From Capnocytophaga sp. (lineage in GTDB: Bacteria > Bacteroidota > Bacteroidia > Flavobacteriales > Flavobacteriaceae): a DNA stretch of 64,000 bases. This document shows, in pieces, positions 18,006 through 27,986 of this stretch. The translations under genes and the position numbers were made by a program. Location of the stretch: assembly GCF_030532915.1 (NCBI RefSeq), contig NZ_JAUNKD010000014.1, positions 1,539 through 65,538 of the forward strand. The letters are read 5' to 3'. Under the pieces are notes generated by a model that saw only the letters and a program-made list of their open reading frames with translations, did not search any database and was not told the origin of the DNA. How positions within the stretch are numbered: position 1 is the stretch's first letter; each line of letters starts with the position of its first letter.

Positions 18006-21000
18006 TTAGAATTTAGCAGAAAGCCCGAACGAAACAGTTCTATACAAGCTATATACGTTTTCAGTACCTCCATTACTTAATCGTGTCATTCGGGGGTCAA
18101 ATCCTTGTCTTTTTGTCCAAACCCACAAATTGCTACCGGTTAAAGAAAATGTTATGTTTTCTACACCCAGTTTTTGGAGTTGATCATTGGCTAATTTATA
18201 CGAAATACTTGCATTTTCCCAACTGATATAATCTGCTTTGGTTAAGAACAAGTCAGAGGCTCCAAATTGATTGGTATCCGTTGTTGTTAGCCTTGGTAGT
18301 GTTGCGTTTTTATTATTAAAATTCCAAGTTTTGTAAGCATCTTTATGCAAATTGTGCCCACTATTTCCAAATCCTTCTGATTCAACGAGAAGTCCTGCAT
18401 AAACACTATCGTAATTATATCCTCCGATTTGGTAGGCAAATCCGGTTGAGAATGCCCAGTTTTTATAGTTAAAGTTTAACCCAAAACCTCCGTACACATC
18501 AGGGTGGGCAGTTTTATCAGAAAGGAATTTGGTGGATTTGTTGTAATCCATTGTTGTTGTTTTGTCTCCTTCTGCTTCTCCGTTTTCATTTGTTTTCCCT
18601 TGATTCCAAATACCTCTTCCGGTTGCCTCATCAACTCCTACAAATTCTCTGATATAAAATGTGTAAGCACTCTTTCCTTCTGCAAATCTATAATTTCCGG
18701 AAGTGAAAGGATCCGGCAATTTCGTTACTTTGTTTTTGTAGTGAGTGGCATTCGCCCAAACGTTAAGCCCTGTGTGTGCTTTTTTTATTATATCCACACC
18801 AAGTGTAACTTCAAATCCTTTATTTTCCATATTTCCTATGTTCTTAGAAATAGAAGGATTTCCGGAAGATGGTTGTTGTGGGAAATTGTATAACATATCA
18901 GAAACAGAACGTTTGAAATATTCAAATTCAAGATTAACTCTACCAAAGAATTCGGCTTCAAATCCGGTATTGAAGTTTTTAGAAACTTCCCATTTTAAGT
19001 CTTTATTTCCTAAGTAAGCCTCACGAATTGACGGATTACCTGCTGCATCGGGTGTAATATCATATTGGGTTAAATATGGTTTATAGTTTCTTGTGAAAGA
19101 GAAATGCGATCTATGGTCAAAAGAAACATAAGCAGGATATAAGATGTTGTCATTTCCTTGTTCTCCGTAACTTGCTTTTAATTTCAAATGGTTTAAAACA
19201 TTGTTTTTAGGAATAAACGATTCATTCGTAACTACCCAAGCAGCACCTACCCCATAGAAATCACCCCAACGGTGATCCGGATGGAAAACGCTTGACGCAT
19301 CTCTTCTATAGCTTGCATTGATGTAGTATTTATCACCATACCCGTAATTTAATTTTGACAAATACCCTTCCGTTTGGTAGTAATCATTATAACCATTCAA
19401 ATATCCCAACTTTGAAGCATTTGAAATAAATACTTTTTCAGAAACAACTACGTTCGTTTTATTTCCGGCTAACATTTTTGAAATAAGTTCTTGGCTTTCA
19501 TGCCCTATCATCAAGTCGATGCTATGTTTACCCAACACTTTTTTCCAAGAAAGCAATTGTTGGTTTGTTAGTGTTGTGGAGAATCGAGTGGCATTGGTTA
19601 TTGAACCCTTAGAGGCAAAAGCATCACCTCCAACTTCCCAACCATATCTAAAACGATTGTCCGCTTTTAAATCATACCCAACATTGTAGGTGAAATTGAA
19701 GTCTTTCAAGAAATTGATAGAAGCATACGCTCTTGCACCCAAAGTGTGGCTATCGTTATCTCTAACATCTTTTAGGGTGGTTGCATAAGGGTTCATATTC
19801 TCAATATAAACCCTTCTTGTTTTAGAACCATCAAAATTTTCAGTTTGTCCCTTACCAAAGTCGTAGACAACTTCTCCTTTTTGGTTATAAATTATGTTTC
19901 CGTAGCGATCACGAGCATAGATAGGGAAAATTGGAGCTGCGTTTCTTGTCCAAGAAAATAGGTTAGAAAATGTCGTAGACCCTTTGCCTGCTTGTGGTGA
20001 TTTTTGAGAAATATATGCGTAATTTAAATTCGTTCCTACCTTGATGTTGTCATTGAGTTTGAAATCAAGGTTAGCACGGGCTGTTACACGATCAAAACCA
20101 GAATTTAACACATAGCCATCTTCATTCAAATAACCAATTGAAAGGTAGCTATTTACTTTTTCTCCCGCCTGCATTAAACTCAAATAGTGTTCTTGTTTGA
20201 TACCTACGCCAAACAATGCTTTATGCCAATCATCTTGATATAAAAGGCTTGCATTCGGATTTACTAATCCGGTAGCAGGGTCAATCACCTGATCATTAGG
20301 TACATTAAATACATTATATCCGATGCTTGACACCAAAGAATTAGCTGCACTTTGTGCTGCTTGCTGTTCTGTTAAAGCATTGTTTGCAACCCAAGCGCCT
20401 AATTTTCTTCTTTGGAACTCCAATTGGTAATATTCACGAGGATCGGTAATAATATCGTAATCAGGAACTGCACGCGTATTCATACCTAACTTTGTTTCGT
20501 AGGTTACGTGTAACTTTCCGCCACTTCCTTTTTTAGTGGTAACTACGATTACCCCGTTAGCCCCTCTGCTTCCGTAAAGAGCATTCGCAGATGCATCTTT
20601 CAAAAATGTAATTGATTCAATATCTTGTAAGGATATTGATGAAATATCACCATTGAAAGGAATGCCATCTACTACGTAAAGCGGATTATTTGACGCAGAA
20701 ATAGAACCAATACCTCTAAAACGAACCTCGGAACCCTCTCCGGGTTGCCCCGATGTGTTTCTAACTTGCACCCCGGCAGCTTTACCTGTCAATGATTGGA
20801 TAACATTGGCTGATTGACTTTTGGCAATGTCATCTGATTTTATGGTTTGAACAGAACCTGCCACCGATGCTCTACTTTGAGTTCCGTAAGCAGTAACCAC
20901 CACTTCGCCAAGCTCTTCGGCTTCTTCTTGTAGGGTTACGTCTATTCTGCTGGTTGAAGCCGTTACCGAACGCTCAACCGTGGCAAAACCGATGGCGGTA

Positions 21001-21215
21001 AAGGTAAGTGCATCTCCTGCTTTTGTTTTGATGGTGTAATGCCCGTCAAAATCGGTGGCTACTCCACGCGTTGTGCCTTTAACGGTAACCGTTACTCCCG
21101 ATAACGGCACGCCTCCTTCATCTTTTACTGTTCCGGTAACGGTTTTCTCTTGGGCAAATGCAAAGCCGAATGCCAAGAAAAAGAATGATACCAAACAAAC
21201 GATTCTTTCTCTCAT
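18006..21215 (-). CDS. SusC/RagA-family TonB-dependent outer-membrane receptor
   Basis: 1069 aa; signal peptide, carboxypeptidase-regulatory-like N-domain, TonB box region VVVTAYGTQSRASVAGSV, C-terminal beta-barrel ending in F. Confidence 0.9.
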   Translation of the reverse strand: MRERIVCLVSFFFLAFGFAFAQEKTVTGTVKDEGGVPLSGVTVTVKGTTRGVATDFDGHYTIKTKAGDALTFTAIGFATVERSVTASTSRIDVTLQEEAEELGEVVVTAYGTQSRASVAGSVQTIKSDDIAKSQSANVIQSLTGKAAGVQVRNTSGQPGEGSEVRFRGIGSISASNNPLYVVDGIPFNGDISSISLQDIESITFLKDASANALYGSRGANGVIVVTTKKGSGGKLHVTYETKLGMNTRAVPDYDIITDPREYYQLEFQRRKLGAWVANNALTEQQAAQSAANSLVSSIGYNVFNVPNDQVIDPATGLVNPNASLLYQDDWHKALFGVGIKQEHYLSLMQAGEKVNSYLSIGYLNEDGYVLNSGFDRVTARANLDFKLNDNIKVGTNLNYAYISQKSPQAGKGSTTFSNLFSWTRNAAPIFPIYARDRYGNIIYNQKGEVVYDFGKGQTENFDGSKTRRVYIENMNPYATTLKDVRDNDSHTLGARAYASINFLKDFNFTYNVGYDLKADNRFRYGWEVGGDAFASKGSITNATRFSTTLTNQQLLSWKKVLGKHSIDLMIGHESQELISKMLAGNKTNVVVSEKVFISNASKLGYLNGYNDYYQTEGYLSKLNYGYGDKYYINASYRRDASSVFHPDHRWGDFYGVGAAWVVTNESFIPKNNVLNHLKLKASYGEQGNDNILYPAYVSFDHRSHFSFTRNYKPYLTQYDITPDAAGNPSIREAYLGNKDLKWEVSKNFNTGFEAEFFGRVNLEFEYFKRSVSDMLYNFPQQPSSGNPSISKNIGNMENKGFEVTLGVDIIKKAHTGLNVWANATHYKNKVTKLPDPFTSGNYRFAEGKSAYTFYIREFVGVDEATGRGIWNQGKTNENGEAEGDKTTTMDYNKSTKFLSDKTAHPDVYGGFGLNFNYKNWAFSTGFAYQIGGYNYDSVYAGLLVESEGFGNSGHNLHKDAYKTWNFNNKNATLPRLTTTDTNQFGASDLFLTKADYISWENASISYKLANDQLQKLGVENITFSLTGSNLWVWTKRQGFDPRMTRLSNGGTENVYSLYRTVSFGLSAKF

Positions 21216-21603
21216 ATGTATCTATTTTAATAGTTAGTTAAGTGCAAAGGTATAAAACTTATTAATAGAATCCAAATTTTTAAAGAAAAAAAAACGCCTT
21301 ACGTTTATTTAAGTAGAAAAAAATCATAAAAATATCGTATTTATTATTGTATTGTTAATTAAATATTAAATTCGCATTTTTTTAACAATATAAATGTGAA
21401 ATTCATATTTTTAAATGTTGTTTGTAAAATAATCGTAATCAAAGATATGAAGGTCTTTTGTTTTTTAAATAATTGATTTTGTTAGTTTTAACAACGAATA
21501 TAAAAGTTGTATTTTTTTTAAAATTATTTTGAAAAAAATGAATTTTATGTTTTTTTAGCTAAATTTGAATGTAGAAAAATGTTTCTCGGGTTAGAAAATA
21601 TTG

Positions 21604-23646
21604 CTATTCCGGATATTCTATTCGGATATGATAAATGTTCGTCAGTTTGTTTTTCAAAACTTTTTTTACGATTTCAATTTCTTTTAGTGTAATATCGGCA
21701 TTACTAAACTGATTATCATCCAGTTGTTTTTTAATGATTTTTTCCACGAAATCATCTAACATTTCGTAAGTTGGGTTTTTCAAACTTTTGGTTGCTGCTT
21801 CCACCGAATCGGCCATCATCAGTATGGCAGTTTCTTTTGAAAAAGGTTTCGGACCCGGGTAACGGAAGTCTGTTTCGGTGCAATTTGTGTTGGTTTCCAG
21901 TTCTTTACGATAAAAATAATAGGTTAAGCTGGTTCCGTGATGCGTACGGATAAAATCAATGATGCGTTTCGGCAACTTGTTTTTTCGGGCGAGTTCAATG
22001 CCGTCACTAACGTGTTTGGTAATGATTTTTGCACTTTGCAAAGGAGTGAGTGCATCGTGCGGATTTATGCTTGTCTTTTGATTTTCAATGAAATAAACAG
22101 GGTTTAACATCTTGCCGATATCGTGGTACAGAGCCCCGACCCGCACTAGCAAAGCATTTGCCCCAATTTCGGAAGCGGCTGCTTCTGCCAAATTGGCAAC
22201 CTGCATTGAATGTTGAAATGTTCCGGGAGCTTTTTCAGAAAGTTCACGCAGTAATTTTGAATTTGTGTCGCTCAATTCCAATAGTGAAACATCTGATACC
22301 AAACCAAATACCTTTTCATAGACGTATGTGAACGGTTGTGAAAACAACACACCGATTCCGTTTAAAATAAAGAGCGTGAGCAGTGAAATATCCAATCGTG
22401 CAATGGTGCCTTCGGTAATGATGTGAAATGCTACATAAATAACTAAGTAAGAGATTGTTATCAGCAAAGCCGACACAAAGTTGTTCAGCCGATAGTGTAA
22501 ATCTTTCGGAGCAATGATGATAGCCAATGAGGCAACTATCTGAATAAAAACAAATTGAAAGCTATTCGGAACGATAAATCCTAAAATTAAAATGGTGGAA
22601 ATGAACACGAAAATCACCGTCCGCAAATCAAAAAATGCTTTGAGAATCAGTACCATCATCGCCACCGGAACCACATAAATATACTGCGGAAGCGTTTGTG
22701 TGATAATCCCCACCAAACCAATGGTTATCAGCATATTAAGCAAAATAACCGAAATTTTGGCGTTATTATGGAAAATGCTTTTTTCATATATTTTTAAGTA
22801 CAAGCCCATCAGTAACATAATGATACTCACTAAAATATAATATCCGGCTGATGACCAAATGTAATTGCTTCGGTTCCACGTACCGTCCTCATACTCTGAT
22901 TGTAACGACGATAACATATTGAGTTTTTCGTCCTCAACCATTTCACCTTTGGCAATGATGAGTTGCCCTTTTTTTATCCATCCGCGGGTGTAGACCAGTT
23001 CTTTTAGGTTTTCGGTAAGTGTTTTTTGCGTAAAATGCTGGTCTACACTGATGTCGGGTTGCAGAATGTCAAAAAACAAATCATAATAGGTGTTTTTATA
23101 TTCGTTGTACGGATTTTCAGCAAAATACGTGTCAATTTCTGCATTTAGGTTACTCAAATTGAAAATTTCAAAAATCGGTATTTCAACAAATTCATTATTT
23201 GCTTTGATGAGATTTATTTCGCCCTCGCTTATGTTTTTGGTGGAAAGCATCACGCCGTTTCGGTAAATTTCTTTCAGAAAAGTTTCGGCTTTGGCAAGCA
23301 ATTGTTGTTTTTTTTGGTGTGAAACGGCATTGAAGTAAACATCTTTTTTACTGCCAAAATTAGCTGTAACTGACTGATAAACAGTTGTATCTTTTGCGTA
23401 ATAAACAACTGAATTTTCTTTAATTTCTTCCCGTTCGGCATCAATTTGGTCATCGGTTTTTTTTAGCGAAAAATCAAACGGGGCGTAAAGCGTTTCGTGT
23501 TGCCAAAGTTTTCCTTTTTGAAATTCATACTTAAATTTTGCCTTCTTCGGAAATATTTGCACAATAAGAATTACTGCCACCAAAAAGGATAACACCTTAA
23601 ATGTCAAAGACTTTTTTAAGTATGAAAAGTACCGATTTCGTTTCAT
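21604..23646 (-). CDS. 7TM-receptor with intracellular HD/HDIG phosphohydrolase domain (7TMR-HD)
   Basis: 680 aa; N-terminal extracellular domain, 7 TM helices, C-terminal HD domain with YHDIGK motif. Confidence 0.8.
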   Translation of the reverse strand: MKRNRYFSYLKKSLTFKVLSFLVAVILIVQIFPKKAKFKYEFQKGKLWQHETLYAPFDFSLKKTDDQIDAEREEIKENSVVYYAKDTTVYQSVTANFGSKKDVYFNAVSHQKKQQLLAKAETFLKEIYRNGVMLSTKNISEGEINLIKANNEFVEIPIFEIFNLSNLNAEIDTYFAENPYNEYKNTYYDLFFDILQPDISVDQHFTQKTLTENLKELVYTRGWIKKGQLIIAKGEMVEDEKLNMLSSLQSEYEDGTWNRSNYIWSSAGYYILVSIIMLLMGLYLKIYEKSIFHNNAKISVILLNMLITIGLVGIITQTLPQYIYVVPVAMMVLILKAFFDLRTVIFVFISTILILGFIVPNSFQFVFIQIVASLAIIIAPKDLHYRLNNFVSALLITISYLVIYVAFHIITEGTIARLDISLLTLFILNGIGVLFSQPFTYVYEKVFGLVSDVSLLELSDTNSKLLRELSEKAPGTFQHSMQVANLAEAAASEIGANALLVRVGALYHDIGKMLNPVYFIENQKTSINPHDALTPLQSAKIITKHVSDGIELARKNKLPKRIIDFIRTHHGTSLTYYFYRKELETNTNCTETDFRYPGPKPFSKETAILMMADSVEAATKSLKNPTYEMLDDFVEKIIKKQLDDNQFSNADITLKEIEIVKKVLKNKLTNIYHIRIEYPE

Positions 23647-23784
23647 TTTCGTTAAAATTAAGTTGTGAACCTCTCAACGTACAAAGATACGCAAAATATT
23701 TTAATGACAATCGTTTGTGAAAAAACCGAAAAAATAATTATCTTTGCTTCACATCGGTATAACGTGCTAAAAAAGACTTGAAAA

Positions 23785-24600
23785 ATGGCAATTTTAATAC
23801 AAAACGTAGCTGAATTACAGTTTATTGACAATTTCAGTGTTGAAAATTACTGCATTTTGGCTTTTTGTGGCAAAGGAAGTTTTTGGGTTGATTTTGCGGA
23901 ATATACCTATGACGGCAACACGCTGCTTTTCCTTTCACCTTTTCAAAATTTTCAAAAAAAGGACGGAAAAATGGAGAAAATCAAACTGTTACAATTTCAC
24001 GGCGATTTTTACTGCATTGAGTATCACAAAAAAGAAGTTGCCTGTAACGGACTCTTATTCAACAATATATTTCTGTTGCCGCATATTGCCGTTTCCGATA
24101 AAAGTTTTAATGAAATTTTGCATCTTTTTGAGCAAATTCAAAACGAATTGCACTCAGAATCAGCCTATTCACAAGCCGTGCTCCGTTCGTACTTACAACT
24201 GATTTTGGCACTTTCAAGCAAAGAAAAAAGCCTCATTTTGGCAAAAACCAAACAAAATACCGAGCATAACGTAGCTTTGAATTTCCAAAAAATGCTTGAA
24301 AAATATTTTTTAACCGAGCGAAGTGTATCGTTTTATGCCGAAAAAGCGCATCTCTCACCCGATGCTTTTAGCAAGAAAATCAAACTGTTATTAGGAAAAT
24401 CGCCTATCAAATTAATTCAAGAACGGCTTGTTTTGGAGGCGAAAAAACAACTGCATCTCACACATAAATCCGTCAAGGAAATTGCTTTTGAAATGAATTT
24501 TAAAGACGAATTTTATTTCAGTCGATTTTTTAAAAAAGCTGTCGGGACATCGCCTAAATTTTTTCGCGAAACGGTCGGGATTTCTGTCGTTGCAAAATAA
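23785..24600 (+). CDS. AraC-family transcriptional regulator
   Basis: C-terminal twin HTH (…HKSVKEIAFEMNFKDEFYFSRFFKKAVGTSPKFFRE) with N-terminal cupin-like sensing domain. Confidence 0.8.
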   Translation: MAILIQNVAELQFIDNFSVENYCILAFCGKGSFWVDFAEYTYDGNTLLFLSPFQNFQKKDGKMEKIKLLQFHGDFYCIEYHKKEVACNGLLFNNIFLLPHIAVSDKSFNEILHLFEQIQNELHSESAYSQAVLRSYLQLILALSSKEKSLILAKTKQNTEHNVALNFQKMLEKYFLTERSVSFYAEKAHLSPDAFSKKIKLLLGKSPIKLIQERLVLEAKKQLHLTHKSVKEIAFEMNFKDEFYFSRFFKKAVGTSPKFFRETVGISVVAK

Positions 24601-24700
24601 TCTATGTTATATCCTTTTTTGTCCATTTGATATACGGACTAAAAAAACGAATTTTGCCACCGAAAAATTTTATTTATAATAAATTTAAAATTAGTATATT

Positions 24701-25312
24701 ATGGAAAAAATTCTTGTTTTTTTGGCTGACAGTCAGCGTTCCTTCGTGAATTTCATACGGGTGGGAATCTTTATTGTGATGGCTTGGATTGGCGGACTGA
24801 AAGCCTTTCAGTATGAGGCAGATGGCATTGTGCCGTTTGTGATTAACAGCCCTTTTATGAGTTTTTTTTACAACAACACCGGAAAAACGGCAGTGAATGA
24901 CAAAGGCGAAACGGTTGCCGAATACACGTTGCATAAAAACCCTGAGGGGAAGATGGTTGCCAAAAACATCGAGTGGCACAAACAAAATGGAACTTATTGG
25001 TTTTCATACGGTTTAGGAACTGTTATTTGCCTTATTGGTTTGCTGGTTCTTTTGGGAATTTGGTCGCCTAAAATTGGGATTATCGGCGGGTTGCTTACTT
25101 TTGGAATGTCCATCGTAACACTCTCATTTTTAATTACAACCCCCGAAGTGTATGTGCCTAATTTGGGTGGTGATATGCCAACGCCCAACTTTGGTTTTCC
25201 GTATCTTTCAGGGGCGGGACGCTTGGTTTTGAAGGATATTATTATGTCGGCAGGTGGTTTAATCGCGGCTTCCGATGCGGCACAGCGCCTGTTAAAAAAT
25301 AGAACGGTTTAG
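24701..25312 (+). CDS. DUF417 (YkgB/RclC-like) inner-membrane protein
   Basis: 203 aa, 4 TM; pattern W-IGGLKAF-YEADG...V-NSPFMSFFY matches my recollection of the YkgB/RclC family (W-SGFLKL…V-NSPLMSW-Y). Confidence 0.55.
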   Translation: MEKILVFLADSQRSFVNFIRVGIFIVMAWIGGLKAFQYEADGIVPFVINSPFMSFFYNNTGKTAVNDKGETVAEYTLHKNPEGKMVAKNIEWHKQNGTYWFSYGLGTVICLIGLLVLLGIWSPKIGIIGGLLTFGMSIVTLSFLITTPEVYVPNLGGDMPTPNFGFPYLSGAGRLVLKDIIMSAGGLIAASDAAQRLLKNRTV

Positions 25313-25331
25313 CGTTTATATCTTTATAAGT

Positions 25332-25366
25332 GAAGAGGTTGCTGTAATTGCAACCTCTTTTTGTTT
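25332..25366 (+). terminator. rho-independent terminator after the DUF417 gene
   Basis: AAGAGGTTGC-tgtaatt-GCAACCTCTT hairpin followed by TTTGTTTT. Confidence 0.7.
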
Positions 25367-25504
25367 TACCAACCAATTAAAAAAGATATTTGTGATAAAG
25401 ACGAACCAAAGCCAAAAATGTTACAACGAAAGGATATTTTTTTATAGTTCAAACCCGATGTAATTCAAAATAAATGAATATTTTTGCCTAAAAATCAATA
25501 AAAA

Positions 25505-26134
25505 TTGGAAAAAGAAACCAAAAATACCTTTTTTATTACGGGAATTTCAACCGATGTGGGCAAAACGATTGTTTCGGCAATTGTAACCGAAGCTTTGCAA
25601 GCCGATTACTGGAAACCCATTCAGTCGGGCGATTTGTATAATTCTGATTCTGATAAAGTTAAAAGATTGATTTCTAATCCAAAAAGTGCTTTTCATCCGA
25701 GTGCTTATGCGTTACAGACTCCTGCAAGTCCGCATTGGGCAGCTCAGGTAGATGGTGTGCAGATAGAAATAGAAAAGATAATCCGACCTGCTACTGAAAA
25801 TCAATTGGTTATTGAAGGTGCGGGCGGACTTTTAGTGCCACTGAACAACCAATATACCATTGCCAATTTGATGTTGCCATCAGATAAAATAATTTTGGTT
25901 TCGCGTCATTATTTAGGGAGTATCAACCACACGCTACTTACTTTTGAAGCGCTGAAACAGCGAGGGTTATCCGTTTTTGGGATTGTTTTCAGCGGGGAAT
26001 CAAATCCGTCTTCCGAAGCCGTTATTTTAGAGAAAACGAATGCCCGTCTTTTAGGGAACATTGATGAAGAGCCGTATTTTGACAAAAGTGTAATTGCCTA
26101 TTATGCCGATAAGTTTAAGAGTATGTTTATTTAA
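25505..26134 (+). CDS. bioD: ATP-dependent dethiobiotin synthetase
   Basis: 209 aa; P-loop FITGISTDVGKT; no in-frame ATG seen, so start appears to be TTG at 25505 (start uncertain). Confidence 0.8.
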   Translation: MEKETKNTFFITGISTDVGKTIVSAIVTEALQADYWKPIQSGDLYNSDSDKVKRLISNPKSAFHPSAYALQTPASPHWAAQVDGVQIEIEKIIRPATENQLVIEGAGGLLVPLNNQYTIANLMLPSDKIILVSRHYLGSINHTLLTFEALKQRGLSVFGIVFSGESNPSSEAVILEKTNARLLGNIDEEPYFDKSVIAYYADKFKSMFI

Positions 26135-26318
26135 AATTAGAGATTTGTATTTGGAGTGTTTTCTCCAATGATTAAAAAATCGTTTTTACAAGTATTTCTT
26201 ACAACGAAAAACTTCGGAATTATAGCTGATTCTAAAATAGTTTATCTTACTAATTCTCCTTTTGCAAGGATATGAGTTTAAGAATAACCTCCAATTCAGT
26301 TACAAAAATGCTGATAAA

Positions 26319-27986
26319 TCAAAACTGAAAATAGATAAACGGCTGAAACTCGGCAGAGTAGGCTTGGTAACAGATAATTACAATAACCACAGCAATAGCT
26401 CCTTTTACCAGAATATGGCTTTCTGAAAAAACGTGTTCTACTTCGTCTTTCCAACGCTGTGGTATCCAATGTGTTATGTAGCCAATAAGCATAATGATGA
26501 AAACCGCCCGATAGTGTGTGAGCACCTGCCAAGCCGTTCCCCAATCCATATTATTACCTACCTGATTGAACCATTGATAGATAGCCTCCATATCCTTGCC
26601 CCGAAAAAAGATGCGCGTGAAAGTAATAAATATAAAGGTAATAGCTATTTTCCAAAATGTTGCTAACCAGTGTGTTGAATGCTCGTACGGACTTACTTTT
26701 CGCCAAATTTTATACACCAAAATACCAATGCCGTTTAATCCGCCCCAAATGACGTACTTCCACGAAGCTCCGTGCCAAAGTCCGCCAATGAGCATCGTGA
26801 GCATAATATTGATGTTGGTAACGACCTGTCGTTCAATCGTTTTGTTGTAAAACATTAAAAAAGATGCCGTAATGAGAATGATGCCTGTTATGATTGTGAA
26901 AATCAGGCTGTTCACAGCAATAACCAGCCCAACGACAAAAACAAGTGAAATTACAATTGTGCCCACCGAACTGTTTCGGTTGCCTCCCAACGGAATATAC
27001 AAATAGTCTCTAAGCCAAGTAGATAACGAAATGTGCCATCGTTTCCAGAAATCCCCACAATTGATGGCCTTATAAGGTGAATTGAAATTGACCGGCAACT
27101 GAAAACCCATCAGTAGTGCCAATCCGATGGCGATGTCCGTGTATCCTGAAAAATCACCGTAAATTTGCAGTGAATATCCAATCAAAGCCATTAAGTTGGT
27201 AAAACCCGAAAATAGGGTAGGGTTATCAAAAACTTGATCCAAAAAATGAAGCGCCAGAAAATCAGCAAAAATCATTTTTTTTATCAATCCTTTGAGAATC
27301 ATAAAGATACCTTTATTGAAGTTTTCCGTAGAAATTTCTGTTTTTTTAACAATTTGCGGAACAAAATTCTCTGCTCTAACAATAGGACCTGCCACCAATT
27401 GCGGGAAGAAGCTCACATAAAAACCAAAATCAAGAATTGATTTCAACGGTGCTATTTTTTTTCGATATATATCCACCGAATAACTAATGGTTTGAAAGGT
27501 GTAAAACGAAATCCCGACGGGCAACACAATGGTTTCCACACGGAAATAACCTTGACTGTCAAAACCGTTTGCCCAGTAAGCTAAATAGTTGAAAACTTGG
27601 TTGTTGGTGTGAAATAGTGTGTTGTAGGTTTCTGTGAAAAAATAAGCGTATTTGAAATAAGCCAGCACTCCCAGATTGACAATAATGCTCAGCGTTACGC
27701 CCAGTTTTCGTTTTTTTTCATCGGTTTGAGTGTAGATGTAATTTCCTAAATAAAAATCAGTTATGGTGCTGAAAACCAGTAATAAAACAAATAATCCGCT
27801 GGCTTTGTAATAAAAGTAAAAACTTGCAAAAAGCAAAAACAGATTTCGGAGTTTTATTCGCTTGTAAATCAGAGAGAAAAAAGCATACGTGATAGCGAAA
27901 AATATCCAAAAATCAATCCGAACAAAGTTGAGCGGACTTTTTTCGTTAAAAGTGAATATATTTAGAATAAAATCCATATTATTCAA
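26319..27986 (-). CDS. MBOAT-family membrane O-acyltransferase (AlgI/PatA/DltB-like)
   Basis: 555 aa polytopic; conserved MBOAT His region [23 protein letters not shown]. Confidence 0.85.
   Translation of the reverse strand: [555 protein letters not shown]

Noticed and set aside
25505-25507. bioD start codon
   Set aside because: No in-frame ATG is visible upstream of the P-loop. TTG at 25505 is accepted provisionally, but a sequencing error or alternative GTG/TTG start cannot be excluded from sequence alone.
26296-26544. 82-aa minus-strand ORF overlapping the 3' end of the MBOAT gene
   Set aside because: Alternate frame of the MBOAT coding region; Cys/Tyr-rich nonsense composition.
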